DNA from: Lingula anatina
Taxonomy: Eukaryota > Animalia > Brachiopoda
DNA length: 64,000 bases
Assembly: GCA_051362555.1 (NCBI GenBank)
Contig: CM120640.1
Span: 36,599,967-36,663,966 of the forward strand
Reading direction: 5' to 3'
A model generated the notes under the pieces. That model was not told the origin of the DNA, searched no databases, and worked only from the letters and a program-made list of their open reading frames with translations. A program made the position numbers and the translations under genes. Shown piece after piece: positions 1 to 14,900 of this stretch. Within the stretch, counting starts at the first letter, position 1. The number at the start of each line of letters is the position of its first letter.

Positions 1-930
1 TGGTCAAAATTCTTAAAATAGGAAGTGCTCTGAAGTTCCAGAAGTTCAAATTTGATGAAATAATGTCATTTTTGACCACAAGTTGTCTGCTTTGCCAAGC
101 CTTATGTATTATTTTTCCAGAGTTCAAAATTTATTATCCATTACCGTACTGCACATTTTGCTTTCACCACCATTATGTACTTTTTGATACAGCATAACTT
201 GAAAACCGTATGGAATACAAAAAAATGGAGACCACCTCCAGTGTTGGGCTTTACATGCTCTACAAAATGCAAAAAAAGAATGGGTCTCTAGCATTAACGG
301 TTCCCGAATTAGAGACAGTTTTCAGTTTCGGTACTTTATGGCCGCTACTCCCGTGAAAATGCACCGATTGACCCCAAATTCAAGGAGATGAAAGATGACC
401 CGAAGGGTAACACTTTCCAATAATATTATTGGTTAAGTCTGTGTGGTGTCTGAATAACAGGGCAAAAAAAATTTTTTTCGTAAAAAATTTCATTTTTTTG
501 AAAATTTTGGCCCGTTTGACCTTGAAATAAAGGTCAAAGGTCAAATCCAAGGGCATATTTGAAATCTACACATATGACTTTTGGAAAGCTGTCTGTAGAA
601 ATTTTTCCCATAACTCCTTCCGTAGGGTAGATAATTAGCATTTAATTTTGCCATTTTTAGACAAGGGTGCATTGCAATGAGTGCCACACCTAGACCCCAA
701 TACCGACAAAGCCCAAATTTTACGTGGAACGAGTTGAGATTATAGGTGACCTAAATCCAAGAGATGGGTACAGGGGCCCTTACCGTCTAGGAGGAGAAGC
801 GGTAACAGTGACTTGGCGGCGGAGCCGGCGGAGCCGCAGGAGCCGCAGGAGCCGGCGGAGCCGGCGGAAAATACGGGTCGGGACTAAAACCATGGGTACC
901 GCCAGCGCCTACGCTGGTGGTACAATTAAC
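1..930. mobile_element. Terminal part of a non-autonomous Helentron/HINE-like interspersed repeat (truncated by window start)
   Basis: Contains GACCTTGAAATAAAGGTCAAAGGTCA motifs of the kind common in molluscan repeats and a GC-rich 9-bp microsatellite (815-867). It ends in a terminal hairpin GTACCGCCAGCG-ccta-CGCTGGTGGTAC (896-923) followed by AT-rich flank, which is the typical HINE end layout. Confidence 0.55.
815..867. repeat. 9-bp tandem repeat (GGCGGAGCC/GCAGGAGCC)n
   Basis: About 6 units are directly visible; they explain the RRSRRS ORF at 724-939. Confidence 0.9.
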
Positions 931-1104
931 AAGGCTTGAAATGATGCCAGTAAGACGTTATCTGTTGTATAGAAGTGTGTAATGTTGATAGTAATGATGA
1001 AGTAGAGCATAAAAATGATTGTGAATTATGTACAATATGCCCTTAAAAATATGTGTTTAAAAAAATGTAAAAAAATGTGTGTTTAACATTCCATTTTTTT
1101 TTTC

Positions 1105-1830
1105 ACTTTACTCACATAGTTATGTTCACAGTTTATTTGTCTGGGAGTAGTGTTCTTCTGTCTGTAGTGCTCTAGTGGATGAAATCTGAAATCAAAGTAA
1201 TGATTTTTAATACCAAAGACAAACAATCTACAAACCTGGAAGAAATTTATTCAATTATCTTTGAAGCAAGGGTGAAACTTGTAAAAACTGAAAATGTAGC
1301 TTGCGATTTCTCATCACATTTAGACCTTATGAAAAAAACTATCAAAATGGAGACTGTATCTCGTATGAAGGGTTGTTAGCTGTTTAATTTGTGAAAAATC
1401 AAAGGACATGTTATTGGCTTTTCATTTGCTTTTTACTCATGTAAGCACGTTCGCGGTTTGTTGGAGAAATACTAATTGTATCTCTGTCTGCAGATGATGT
1501 CTGAAATCAAATTTTGAATATTGATAAAAAGCAGCATACTTATCTGTGAAAGACATTATAAATGATGTTGGTATAATGTGTCATACAATTTGTGGGTGCA
1601 TTTTTAGATGAAAATGGAACCGAGATAAGTACAGGAATAAAAATTGCTTTTAATTTTATTTAACACGGTCTTTGAGTTATGAATACTATTCAACTTTTTT
1701 CTTTTTTACTCACATAGTCATGTTCACTGTCTATTGGTTTGGGAGTGGTCATTTCTCTGTCTGCAGTACATGAAACCTGGATCCAAGTAAGGACAAAATT
1801 CTCCAAGCCTGTAGAAAATCTTATTTTATT
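1105..1830. repeat. Degenerate dispersed triplication, roughly 300-bp spacing
   Basis: Related blocks TTTTACTCAC/T...GTTC...TCTGTCTGYAG begin near 1107, 1431 and 1704. Confidence 0.6.
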
Positions 1831-2597
1831 ATTTTTAATTTCTTAAAAAATTAAGGTTGAGAAAAATTAAATATTATGATTGAACAGATATTATACCTCT
1901 GTTATTTTCCTTTTTGATGTAATTATATTATGCATTTCCTTAGTGCATTTTTCTTTCTCACATGTACTTAAAGTAATATTTGAAATCAAATTCAGTTATC
2001 TGTAAAGAATGTTCTGTATAAATTTACTTAAAGTAAGCCAATAATATAATCCATCTTTGTCTATCAAATTTTGTATTGATTGGTGAATTTAAGTTAGAAC
2101 TAAATGGTTCATTTGTTTTTGCCTAACAAGTCCGTACAAATTTAATAAGAATTTGCTGGCCCAGAAACCTATCTCTCCAAAGTATATTTTAGCTATATTT
2201 CTCTGAAAAATCATTTGGGGTGATAATTTAATCAAATATAAAACTTCCATAGTTAATTCTTTTTTAATTCTACAGAAATAGGGACATTTTTTGCTCTGTT
2301 TAATAAATACATTGTGGTGAAAAACTTTTGTGGTGAAGGGAGTCACCGGGCTACTTGCCATGGGTAAAGTAAAAATAATTATGTGATAAGACTAATAAAT
2401 TATAATAACACAATGAAAATTAACTGCAAAGAAAGATGTAATTATTAAAGGTGGGGGTACAAATGTACCCCACTGATGAAAAGCTGTAGGGTGGGTGGTG
2501 TAAATCAAACGAAAGAAAGGAAACAAAAAGAGAGCAAGCAAGAACAAGAGACAACGTATGTAAGAATAAAAATAAGCGTAACATTAGGAGTGCTTAC

Positions 2598-2727
2598 CTC
2601 GTGATTCTTTTGTTAAATTGGAAAGAAATTTCACTGGCGAATTTTGATGTCCATTCTTACCAGCAGCAAGAGTGAGACTGGCCCTTGGTCTCGTGTTATG
2701 GAAACTTGCTACTGATTGGCTCTGCAT
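2598..2727 (-). CDS. Candidate first coding exon of an unidentified gene continuing leftwards
   Basis: aagATG at 2727 opens MQSQSVASFHNTRPRASLTLAAGKNGHQNSPVKFLSNLTKESR and ends at a consensus GAG|GTAAG donor. A CpG-containing promoter-like stretch with CCGGAA lies at about 2765-2830. No downstream exon was identified. Confidence 0.45.
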
Positions 2728-2930
2728 CTTTACTGTAGGTCAAAGGTCATGTACTGATAATGTTGCATTCGCGTATATACGGAATACCCCGATGACTCCG
2801 GAAAGTAAATCTGTGTATTATAAAATCGGTTAAAGCTTTGTGATAACCTTGTATTTATTTCATAAAATTTGTTTGGTAACAGGACTTACAATTCCAAAGA
2901 CAATAAAAGCTGGACATGACAGGCAATGTC

Positions 2931-5900
2931 TTATTTTCCGAGTTCATACTGTAAATGGAACTTTAATTCCATCATTTCTTTCACAGAAGTGTGTGCAAGA
3001 TCATAGTGCAGTTTGAAAATACTCAATGCCCTATCTGTAACATTTAGTGCCTCTTTGAATTTCTTTGCATTGTACAACACTTCTGCATACTTCTGTAGTT
3101 CATTGGCAAGTTCAATGCTATTGGCTCCATAGAGAACTTCCGTACTTTCTACACTTCTGGTTAGATACTTGGATGCTTCTAGGAATTTTCCTGAAAAAAG
3201 AGAAACATCTTCGAATGTATGTCAGCACCCATGGCAAGGTTAATCAATTATCAAACTGTATTTCTAATTACCACATTTTTCTTCATTTAAACCATATGTC
3301 ACCAAAACATGTTTGTGGATTGCTGAAAGAAACAAAAGTGGAGCTTATATACTCCTGATATCGACAACATAACAGCAAGGATTACTTTCCTTCAGGCATT
3401 GCAAATCTCTTCTCTATCATTCTGAAGATTGTTCTATTAAATCCAATAAGCAGTATTCACTGCCAACAAATTTGCTCACTCAAAGTCACTTAAATTTAGG
3501 TCATTTGGACCTGGTCTCATTACTTGGCAATGCACAATAGTGTTATTATATATAGTGTTACTTTTTACTTTTTATCCTTATTTTTCCCATTTGAAAATGA
3601 AGAAAAATTGTTTCTCAAAGCAATGCCCCTATTCCACACCAACTACAAGTTCCACAAACTGCCATGAAATGATATTCATTTCTTTTCATTTTTAGACCAC
3701 ATGTTACAGCTGCTAGTTTAAATTGTTTGTGCATGACAAGAGGGGTTTCCCATTTATCAATACTAGGCTTCAGACAAATTTCTTTGCTGAACAGTCCCCC
3801 CCAGCCCACTGGTTGCCAATTATTCAATAAAAGACAAATATAAATGGTATGAAGAGAAACCCGCACTTTTTAACCTTCAAAATATAAAAATGGACCTTCA
3901 GACAACAGCACAATCAGTTTTCATACAGATGAATTTTGCATTCATCAAAAATCAACACCAGCAACATGTCAGGTGACAGTGGGGTACTGGTCCAGAACAT
4001 TTCTGTGCATATGCGGAAAATGAAATTTCCTTAGTATTTCTCTTAATACACTGGAAGGAAACAGTAGTCCTCAACTAAAATATTCATTTCCTTATGTACA
4101 AAGCCAAGCGTTTCTTCCTGGTCCAGAACATTCATGTACATTTACAGAAAATGAAATCTCCCTAGTACTTCTCACTGACGCATTGGAATGAAGCTATATC
4201 ACAACCCCATTATTAAACAAAATTACCCTGGGAAGCATGGCACCTTGCCAGCTGGTCGCAAACTTCTGACAGGTCCTGGTTGTACTTATAGAGCACTTCA
4301 GATCTCAACTTGTAACAATCCTTCAACTTTGGCAAGGCTTCTGCAAGGGGTCAAAATAAATTGGTATAAGTAAAAGAGTTATTCTCAAGCAATATGCATG
4401 AATTCTTCCTATTTATATCAAAATTAAATATGAAGCTGACATAGTGATCCCTGAATGAGTAGATGATATCAATTATCATTTAAATCCTTTAAAACCAAAG
4501 AACCTGATGTTATTGCAAATCAAAACGCATACATTCTCCTCTACAAAAATCTACTGAATAACCCTACAAGAAACAACAATCACTAAAATACAAGTCATGT
4601 TTTTGAGCAGCAGTAATTGTTTACCAGAGTAATTTCCTTGCTCTAGCTGAACAATCCCTTGGACAAAGAGTTCCTTGGCCAGTACTGCTCCCTGCAACTG
4701 CTCTGTGGCATGGGTCTGCTGGCCACACTGGACACAGGAGAATAAGTGTGTTGGTTTGGAGAAGGTGAGAGGGCCTGCACAGCTAGGGCACTTCAGGGCC
4801 TAAAATGGTGTTTGTCGTGTATATTTCTATTGTGTATTTTGGTAAATTGAATTTGTTTTCTCAATAAAAGAATAAATAAACAAAGGCATAAAACAAAAAT
4901 GAGAAAAAACCTCCAAGAACGAAGACCACCAAGACAGCTCAATTCTCATTATTATTTATTAATCAATATAAAAAATTTCATCCATTCTTATTCCATTCCT
5001 GACCTTTCCTGAATATTTCATTATAATCCATCCATAATTTTTTTTTTTTTTTTTTTTTTTGGGGGGGGGGGTAATGTTGCAAACATACAAACAAACAGAC
5101 AAATGAAAACAAAAACAGGTAGAGGTAATAATTCAAAAATATAAACACAAGCACAAAATCCTCATTGCTTTCACCAAGAAGTCCCCGAATGAATAATATT
5201 TCAGTGCTTAGAATATGCAAGCAGACCAATACAGCCTCTGCAGTTACTATCAAATCTATAACCAAGTTCTGAACAAATTGGATTAAACAGATACCATTAC
5301 CTTAAATTTCTCCTCCTTTGCCACATCTTTTGTACAGGCAGTGCAAGTACACTCAAAGAAATATTGTTCCTTCAAACACTTTTGTCTCTCTGCCCACGGC
5401 ATTCTCCTACAGTTGGGGCCTTGAGGGGGAAAAAATTAAAATGGATTCAACGAGGATAATAAGAAAAAAAAAACACAACAATAATTTTAAAGATGGGAGA
5501 TTTAGTACCCTTATGTGATAGAATATAGCTATTTGGAACATTTCAATAACAGATTCTTACCATAGCAGTTAAATATCTCCTCGCCCTTTTCTACATCTTT
5601 GGTTGCTTTGACTATCAAGATGTCATTCTGAAAACTTGAAGTGCAGTGGTAAAAATTAGCATTCAATGGTAATTGTAAAGATATGCATCAAAAATTCTTC
5701 ACAGAAGTTTTTTATACTATGATAAAAAAATATTAAGTCAAGAAATTTTCAGCTGGCCACTTGAAGATATTCCACAAGCTGTAAATCAATTATCCTGTAC
5801 TTAAAAACATGCACATTATACAATGTTCATATGTGTACCATGTGTGACTATTGAAATCAATGTTAATTAAAAATAATATTAATTCAAATGTTTATTAAAG

Positions 5901-8900
5901 TAAGCAAACAATTTTAATATATACCTTGAAATAATGGTAGGATCACAGGAGTGGTTCATAAGGCTGGCAGTTGGGTATATAGCTGTTGCTATTCTCACTT
6001 GACTAAGGCTGTCCACTAAGGATTCTGTTGAAAGGGAGGATGTCTGAAGCTCTGTTATGGCATGAGCATTACATATCAGCTGAAGCACATGTCTTAATAA
6101 GAGTCCACCAATGTAAACTTCATCATCAGATGTGATCTCAGTGGCCTGCCTTGTGTTACTTAAGTCTTGAGCAGGACGACCATCTGCTTCATTTTTAGCA
6201 GAATATGCACTGCAATCATTCATGCTTTTCTCCAATGTCAGAGTGCTAAGACTTTCAACATTTTCATGGTTTGTCTGGTTTTTGTAGAGATTTTTTGATT
6301 GGCCATCTTTCATGAAAAAATTGCTTTTCTTCAGACATTTTAACAAAAGAGTCGCTGTCTGGAAACATTCAAGTTAAAGTTTAATTTACAACAAAAATTT
6401 ATAGAAAGTTTTTTTCAAAAAGAAAAAAAATAATATATTTCTTTATCGAGATTTTATAAGCTTTACAAAAAAGGTTAAAGACTTAAATTTTGTCATTGTT
6501 AGCTTCCTACCCAAATCTGACACTTCTTTTCTCCAGATGTGGCACAATTACCCCTTTTATTAAATTATTTTGACAGTGTGTGTAATAACTGAAAATTATA
6601 TTTACCAAAGCATAATGAAAAAGGTCCTCTGGCTGCATATGTTCACTGTGTGTCATAAGATGGTACACTGTCTCATAGTCAGTGCCATACGAACCATTTT
6701 CTGATAGTCCTGCTTCAGATGGACTGCAGATGCGAGATCTTAATCTTCTGAATGCTAAAATGATTGATATGTAACATGAAAACAGTTATTATCATTGTAG
6801 TGGATTATAGGAGTAAAATTTGTCAACTTCAGTTCATGATTCAACCAGTCTGTGTATGCCCTCAAAGACATGCATTAAAGGATTTTCAGGGCTAAATTAT
6901 GTAGATTCCAATAATAATCCAACAAAATTTTACACCTACCTAACAGTTTTTGCAGTCCACTAACCAGTACCACTCTAAAACTAAGATGTCCTATGCCAAT
7001 CTACAGAGAAAGGAGGAAACACATATATAAATGTAAGAAAGGTGAAAAACTTCACTTTTTCTTATACTGCTACTCCCTTTGACCACTTTTAACATCAACA
7101 CCCAGACTAAATAATACACAATTTGATTATTTCCTTGGCTGATAATTTCTATATTTTCTTAAATTGGACAGATTACAGCACTCTAATACTAATAAATTAT
7201 CAAAAAAGAAGTCAACATTTTTTAGAATGTTTCATCTTACAGAGTGCATTATCTCCAAGTAAGGGCATTCAATACAATGATAACTGTCCCACGATGCATC
7301 TCTGCACTCCTCAGAGCAATACTGCACTTCAACACATTGCTGACAGCTGTAATGAAGAGAAAATTTTGCAGCAAAACTGACAAAAAAGAACGCTGTTATA
7401 ATTAAAAAAAAAAAAAAACAGCCCCATATGAGTAATACTTAATATTGGAAAGTATTCCATAAAACTAGTTTTAAAAAGTACCTTAATTGACACTTATGGT
7501 ACTGGTAAATCAAGCTAAATTAGAGTTAATGATCAAAAGCAAACAAAACTGCAACACTTGTATTGTTTATATATATAATTAATATTCAACTATTTATAAG
7601 TGGTTTTTTTTTTCAGTATAGTGTTTTGGAGAAGGCACACAGTACAGGTTAACTCACGGCACAGAGCCCAGCAGTTTGGTAAAGCAGTGGTGGCAGTGTG
7701 TGTCATACTGGTCTGGTAACAGAACTGCTGCATATGGCTTCTCTACAATCAGCGTGTCCCCTGCTGCAATTGACTGGTTTGCCTTTAAAACCAAAGAGAT
7801 GTACTGTCAACTTCAAAGTGCACAAATGTATTTTGTATGTGCACAAATGGCCAGAGGCATAATAATAATTAAACACACACACACAAAAACACACACATGC
7901 ACACACTCATCTAAGACCAAGTCCCAATAAGTTTTCAGGCGATGAAAATCATACAAATTGCTCTACTATGCATCCATTGACTTTTTCCTTCTGACCAGGG
8001 AACTTAGAGACATTTTACACAGGAGTAAAAAGATAAAAGATCTTAATATGGTGTTTGAAACCAAAGACAGTGTTCCTGAGCCCAAACTACCAACACCTAG
8101 AGTTGAAAAACAAACTTTCTTGTTATAAAATGATTGTTAGCTTGCCGTTCACTAAAAGTTAGCAGAAAAAGAGATTTGACAGCATGGCACTGTACACCTG
8201 AAGTTGCATTCCGTGAAACACTTAATCACACATTGTAAAATCCTCATTAACTTGTATTACCACTAGCTAGAAGATTTATTTATTTACTTATATGAACAGC
8301 AGAGACACTAGCTATTTAAAAAAGGATGACTACAGAAAATTAAATCAAACTTTTTGGGAAAAAGCAAAACTTCTTGGATGTCTTTCCATAGTGGTTTCTG
8401 CAGTTCTCTTCTATAAATAAACTCGAATGACCCTCACTTGACAACTTATTTGACCCCATTGAATGAATCACGATTTGTGCATGCGCAAGTGGGAAATGCA
8501 TGGAAGCACATTTTGAGTTTGGAAAAGATGTCTTTATGAAGTCTTTAAGTATTTTGTACCATTATGGCCTCTGCAGGTGAATCAAGATCTACATTTGGCC
8601 CTCATTCTATTCCTGAAACCGAAACTGATGATCTGTACCTGGCTCAGTGAGAAAACTCAACGCGTTTAACGTGTTTCTTGCAGCTAACCGCAAGTTGTCT
8701 CTCCTGGACGCCTATGCAGAAGACCCCATAGTAGTGAAAAATAAACGCGTTTTGTTTAATAAAGTGAGGGAGATGTTGGAAAAAGCTGGCTTGGGTTTCA
8801 CTCCCCAGAACATGGAAACTGGGAAAAACATCACGCATGCATTGACAAATAGCTTATGGTTCATTGACCCAAGCCTGGAAACTTTAAGAGAACGTGCATT

Positions 8901-11900
8901 TCACATCCCAGTTCTGTTAGGCTTCTTCTGATCATCAGGACCATGTTCAATATCCAACTTTGTTATTGTTTTAGAACATTGTTTTAATAAGAAACTGGAT
9001 TATTTGTGTATAAATTTTTAAATTAAAACATATGTTTTATTCATGTCTGTTTTTTACAAAAATGTTTGATTCTAGATAGGTGATGATGGTCATTACCGAA
9101 GCTTTGATGAAGTGTTTGGTACCCAAACAACAGAAGAACATATGTCGTCTTTCAAGAAACCCTACAAATCTGTTACTGCTCATGCAGGCCACTGGATCCC
9201 TTTTTCACCCAGTGCACAGACTGCTTGAGCGTGCAAGATGTGAGGACTGTGTTGACTGCGAGAGACCACAAGATCAAGAATTTGATCTTTTACACCAGGT
9301 GTTAGATCTGTACCAATATTCATGTTTCAGTGTGTTACAGGATCTCATACCAGAAGATCCCACTAGAGCACCCAAAATATCTGCACTGTTTAAAAGGGTT
9401 TTTGTTAGGGCAAATCTTGATCGTCATATAGTAATATTGAAATTCCTCACTTCAGCTCAAAGAGTTTTCCACAAATCTGTTTTTTTTTTCTGTGGAATAG
9501 CAAACAATCTAGTCACTGAAGATGGTCATTACCCTGTTTGTAATGGATGCACAGATCATCCATCTTAAGAAATGTTAATGGAACGTTTTGGAAGAGAAGA
9601 AAAATAAACTGCAGAAAACGTAGTTCTGGTGTAAACTTGATTGTGTACACTGTTGTGATGTTGAGTTCACATACAGACAGTGAATATTACTGACTGATAA
9701 CTTTGGTGTCAGTATAGACAGACATTTACAAAGTCTGATAACTTTTAGTTTTTAACTTCAACAACATTCATATTATTGTTTTAAAGTTGTTGAGAGTTTT
9801 ATGCAACATTATAATAAATTTGTGACTAGAAGTTCAGTGTAGCAGCAGTGTTTATATCCTAGAAATTGCAAAATATGAAATGTCCTGATCTTTTGTCATC
9901 TTGCCTCTGCACTTATACTAGAGAAATTTACTCTTACAAATTCATGTATGATGCATTGGTTAAGCTTTCATTGTACTATTCTAAAGTATGGTGTCAAGTA
10001 TACTTTTATAATGATATGAGTGTACCTATAATGATGAGCATTTTTACCAAAGTAAAGCCAAGTAAGCATCGTTTAATTAAAAAAAAGACCTTGCTCACCT
10101 GTTTCCGAACTTAAGAAAAAAAAGCCCTCCTCCCTCACCTTTTTTTTGGGGGGGAAAAAAAGGGAAAAAAAACTCCCGACCTCATCTGTTTTGGAAAAAA
10201 GTGGCCCGAGAACCAAGTAATTAATTTTTTTTGGCCTCAGTGACCAGCAATGCAGCAACTTACAGAGCATCTTTCAAAATAAAGATAATAAAAAAAAGCT
10301 GTATTCAAATAGTTGTAAAAGATATCCTGATACAGTCAATAACTACAGTCAAACCTACTATCCATAGTCAACAGAAGCTAGCTCACCACAAAAGCCATGG
10401 ACCAGGATGAGTTGAAAAATAAAAGAAAGGAGTGATGCCAAAAGAACAGTCACAGTAGCTGCAAAGTCCTTAGAACAAGCCATTCGTGTGAGAATAACAG
10501 AGAAAGATTCAGCTGAAATATTAGAGAGAAAATACCTACATTTTTTTAGAAATAACAAATGAGCACAGAGTAATATGTGATACCAGGTAAATATAACAGC
10601 ATTGATGAGAGGTGAATTTATTGTCATTAGTGTCTGATAGCTTGCTTCTGACCTGTGAAAGTTTCTGAAACTTGGCGTAGTTGCAAAAACAATTTAAAGG
10701 AATGTAGAGCACTTGAAATGAATATAAGTTTGAAAGGAATAGAAAAGAAAATAGTGATTCAAGTAGCAGTAGTTTTATGGACTTATCACAACAAGCACCA
10801 AAAGGAAGGGGATATATTTTGTATGCATTTGTTGCTAAAAACAAATTTAAAATGGCCTGTGGCAAAATGATCCATATTGTCACAAAGTGTATTGGTACGC
10901 CAAGCTCAGGAATCGTACATTTGAAGATTGTATGAATTACTTTCATGTGAAAAATGCAATTCTCAAAGCATATGTATTACTACTAGAAGCTTACTTTAAT
11001 AGGATTATACCAAACATTCCGTGAATTAGTATTAAAACAATGGTGTTAATCAAGAAAGTCTTGATCTGATTTTGGCAGACATAGACAAATGCTTTTGGGA
11101 GCAGAATTGCATCTTGGACACATTAAAAATCCATTCAGAAGACAGAAATGTGCATGCTAACAATCTTAAAATCAAATGAATTCTTTCCTGCTTGGCTTTA
11201 AAAATAAACACCTGGGCTGTATTGGTAATAAAGAAAGACAAACTCACCACCAAATATCTTCCCTGTTTTTCATTGTATTTCCACCCTACAGCAGCAGATG
11301 CCTGCAGGATAACAGGATTTGGCCCATGGCTTAATGGCGGCCACTCAGGCACAGGTGGTGCTGCAGAGCTGTAAATTTTACAGATATTACTTAATTTATA
11401 AAGAAATGATTTCAAGGAATAAAATAAGTATTTCATTATAATAATATACAACCATTACCAAAATATACTTATAGAATAATGCACTGTGCACACATTTGCT
11501 ACTAAAGGCACTGTCACAGCTAGCATAAAGAAATATGTATGGGTATTGTATGTGACATCAATTATACCCACAACTTTGAGCACACAAAATCACTGTTTCA
11601 AGAGTATTAATATTAAGATATAAGCAGCATACAAAATTGTTTTTGAACATGCTCAGAACATTTTATCTCAGTCCAGATTTGTGAACACACAACAGCGCTT
11701 GCTTTCATACTCTAGACAAATCTGTCATAAGTCTAACGAAGCCCTTGCATGTGTTTGTGATATTTTTTTCATATTTTGTGCTATACACTAGGTGCGACAG
11801 TGCCTGAATGGTTGGTGCATTGTTAACTGCTCATACATCACAAATGTGGTATCACATTATTCAGCTCTTTTCTATGACCACTATGATTAAATATAACTTA

Positions 11901-14900
11901 CAATAGAAGAGAAATAAAAGTATACAACTGTCTGAAATTGTTTTGATTTAACTCATAAAATAAACAGCATATATAACACAAAACCCATACCACATGTAAC
12001 TTTCTGAAATTTTGTCCACTTTCTTGTTCAAGAGCAACAAGTCATTCACAATGGTATCTGAATAAAAAAACCCAGAAAATTAAGCATTTAAGAAAGCAAT
12101 ACCACATTAACATTATGCTATATATGTAAGTGGCAAAATGTTTCATTTCTCAGATCTGTTAAGGTAAACCAGTAATCATTTACCTGTAGATAATATGTAC
12201 TTCAAACTAATTTTTCAATCTTTCACATACAAATCTACTTTGAAAAAAAAAATTATTTCAAATAACCTCTTCTTTTACAGGCAAGTTCTGAATCCAAGCC
12301 GGCTATTGCCTCTTTTGTTGCCTCTATAGCTGAAAAGGAAAACTTACTGTGTATGACAATTAAACTGATCTATTCTACTCTTTAAAAAGTAAATGAAATT
12401 TGTAAAAAACCCAATCGTTTGAATGATTTTACCCACCAATTACAGTCAATTTACAACTACTAATTCAGTAAGTCCATTAATCAATTTACAACTTTGTGGG
12501 TTACCAAAGAGATTCTAACAACAGGGGGAGAAAATGATAACAGAAGATATAACTAATTTAAAAACAAGTCTTTAATTACCTGTCTGTGCTTCAAATTTTC
12601 TATTTAATGCACAATGGCATTGTGCCTTCCTGTGAAGCAATTTATATGTAAGATTCTGTGGGTAACCATTGTCCAAAGCTCGGTTGATATCATTTAGGCA
12701 GGCCTGAAAAATAATCAAAAATAATTAAAAACTTGTTTGCACTTTCAATGTTCATACTAGAATGAATTTAACCAAAATGGCCACAGGCCAAATCATCTCA
12801 TTTTTCAGTCACCACACTAATGTTTTTCTTAAACATATCTACTACAATATGTTGGTCTTGCTACTGTATATGAGCAAAGTTAAAAAACACACTTTGATTA
12901 TGACATTGATAACAGTTAGATAGCAGTTTGGGCCAGATTTCACATCATTTTACAGACAGAATATGTCTTTCAGGGGGTAGAAAAATTGATAGATGGAAAT
13001 TTTGGAATTATATTTCTTGTCAAATTTTCATAAAATCCCCTGGTTTGCAGGCAGCCACTGGTCAGCAGCATGGTCAGTTGACAGCTGCAGGTTTTCTAAC
13101 CTCATACTTTCCCATGTGGTATAAAACTGCAGACCTATTGGCATAACCCAGGGCCAACTCTGGACTGGATTTGTTGCTGGGGGCATATTGGATACTCTGA
13201 AATAGAAGTATATGGAGAATCAATAGATATACAGACCTCATGGGTATGTGCCACCAGCTCAGTTAGGCCGCATTCCCATAGACACCATCAGTATAGTGGA
13301 TCTACCCAACTCTGGGGAGACTCTTGATGACTATAATTACCTTAACTGAATGACAAACCTCTTCCTGGTGTTAAGTAGAATACAGAAAGCTGTGTTAATG
13401 ATTTAATGAGTACATTGGAAACATGAGGAGGCATGTCATTCAGTTAAGCTGATTGCACTTAGCAAGTCTCTGTAGAGTTTGGTCAATCCACATATTAAGT
13501 GTAACGATGGTGTCTACAGGAATGAGGTCTTAGGAACATTAACAAGATACTACATGTACCACATTGTGATACTTACAGAAAATGTACTGAAACATGTAGA
13601 GTGACTATCAAAGAGTGACCCCCCATTGGTACAAAGTGAATGCTGTGGATGTGTGAGACTGTATCAATGACAAGGTCACTCAATATAAGAAATTTGATAG
13701 ATAAGATATTTTAATAATGGGTGAACATATTTTATCATAGTTATAAACCTGCAGCAAAATAACTAGAATAAAGTATTAAGAATTTAAAATCCAGAGGCCA
13801 TTTAACAGCCTGACTTAAGACCTAGTTTAAGTTACCTTTGTATATAAGTGCAAAGCATCAGCATTAATCTTATGCTTGAATTTCAAGTTGCCTTCTTCGC
13901 GGTATGCTCTTGACTTGGCAGTGGACTTCTCTACTCTCTGGTCCGATGAAGCCTGATCAAAGTAAGGTTCAATCCATGGCACCTGTCTGATACATTGTAA
14001 AACAATTAATTGACATTTGCCCATATTACACATGACAGGCAAAAGCTGAATTATACTTGTATTATATTGGCAAAAACAGAAAGTGTTATTAACTTCGAAC
14101 AAGAGTTGAATTTCTTTATCAGGTAGGTTGTTAAAATTCATTACAGGATGAGACACGTGTTCAGACTGAAATGTTCAGTTTAGAACACTGAAGATTGATT
14201 AATTTGATCCCATTCCCCAAAACACCATCAGCTGATGTGGATCAACTCAACTCTCACTAAATCCAATAAGCTTAACTGAATGACACCCCTCCTCTTGTTT
14301 CAAACATACTTGTATAATAAACTTATCTGCATTCTAATTAATGCCAGGAGGAGCTACGTGTGTCATTCAGGTAAGCCAATTGCATTCAGCGAGAGTTCCC
14401 TCACAGTAGGGACGATCCACATAGACTGATGGTATAAATGGAAATGGGGCCTTTGATTAAAGCTTTATAAAGGAGACTAGCTGGGACTTGGGGAGTACAG
14501 ATGATACCAGGTGGCGCCAGTTGTTTTAAATTAAAGTTTTGAAGGGGAAACCTAAATTGAACTTTTCAAAAAAATTGGTGGCAAAAAAAAATATATGCAA
14601 AGAGTAAGTTATTCCAGGCATGTCAGATTTTTGGAGAATTTGGGAAAATATTTATTTTTTAAGACTAATTGTTACCCCTCCCCTAACTCGTTCCCCATTC
14701 AGCGAATGGTGGTCAAGTTCTACTTCACATGCTTTAGAAGATACATTGTATCAATTTGCATTCCCCATATACAGTTTTCACCTATGTCCCAATATTCTTT
14801 CACTTTGACCACTATGGAAAATACTAGCATCAAAATTTAAACTGTGTTCAAGGCTAGCTTCTTTATTTATTGGGTAACAAATTTAAGTTCCCATGGCATT

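Noticed and set aside
724-939. Arg/Ser-rich 71-aa ORF resembling a protamine or SR protein
   Set aside because: It is a translation of a 9-bp microsatellite inside a repeat element and starts with GTG.
2089-2361. 90-aa minus-strand ORF as exon 2 of the unidentified gene
   Set aside because: Nearby AG acceptors give an immediate TGA in the required phase 1, and there is no recognisable domain.
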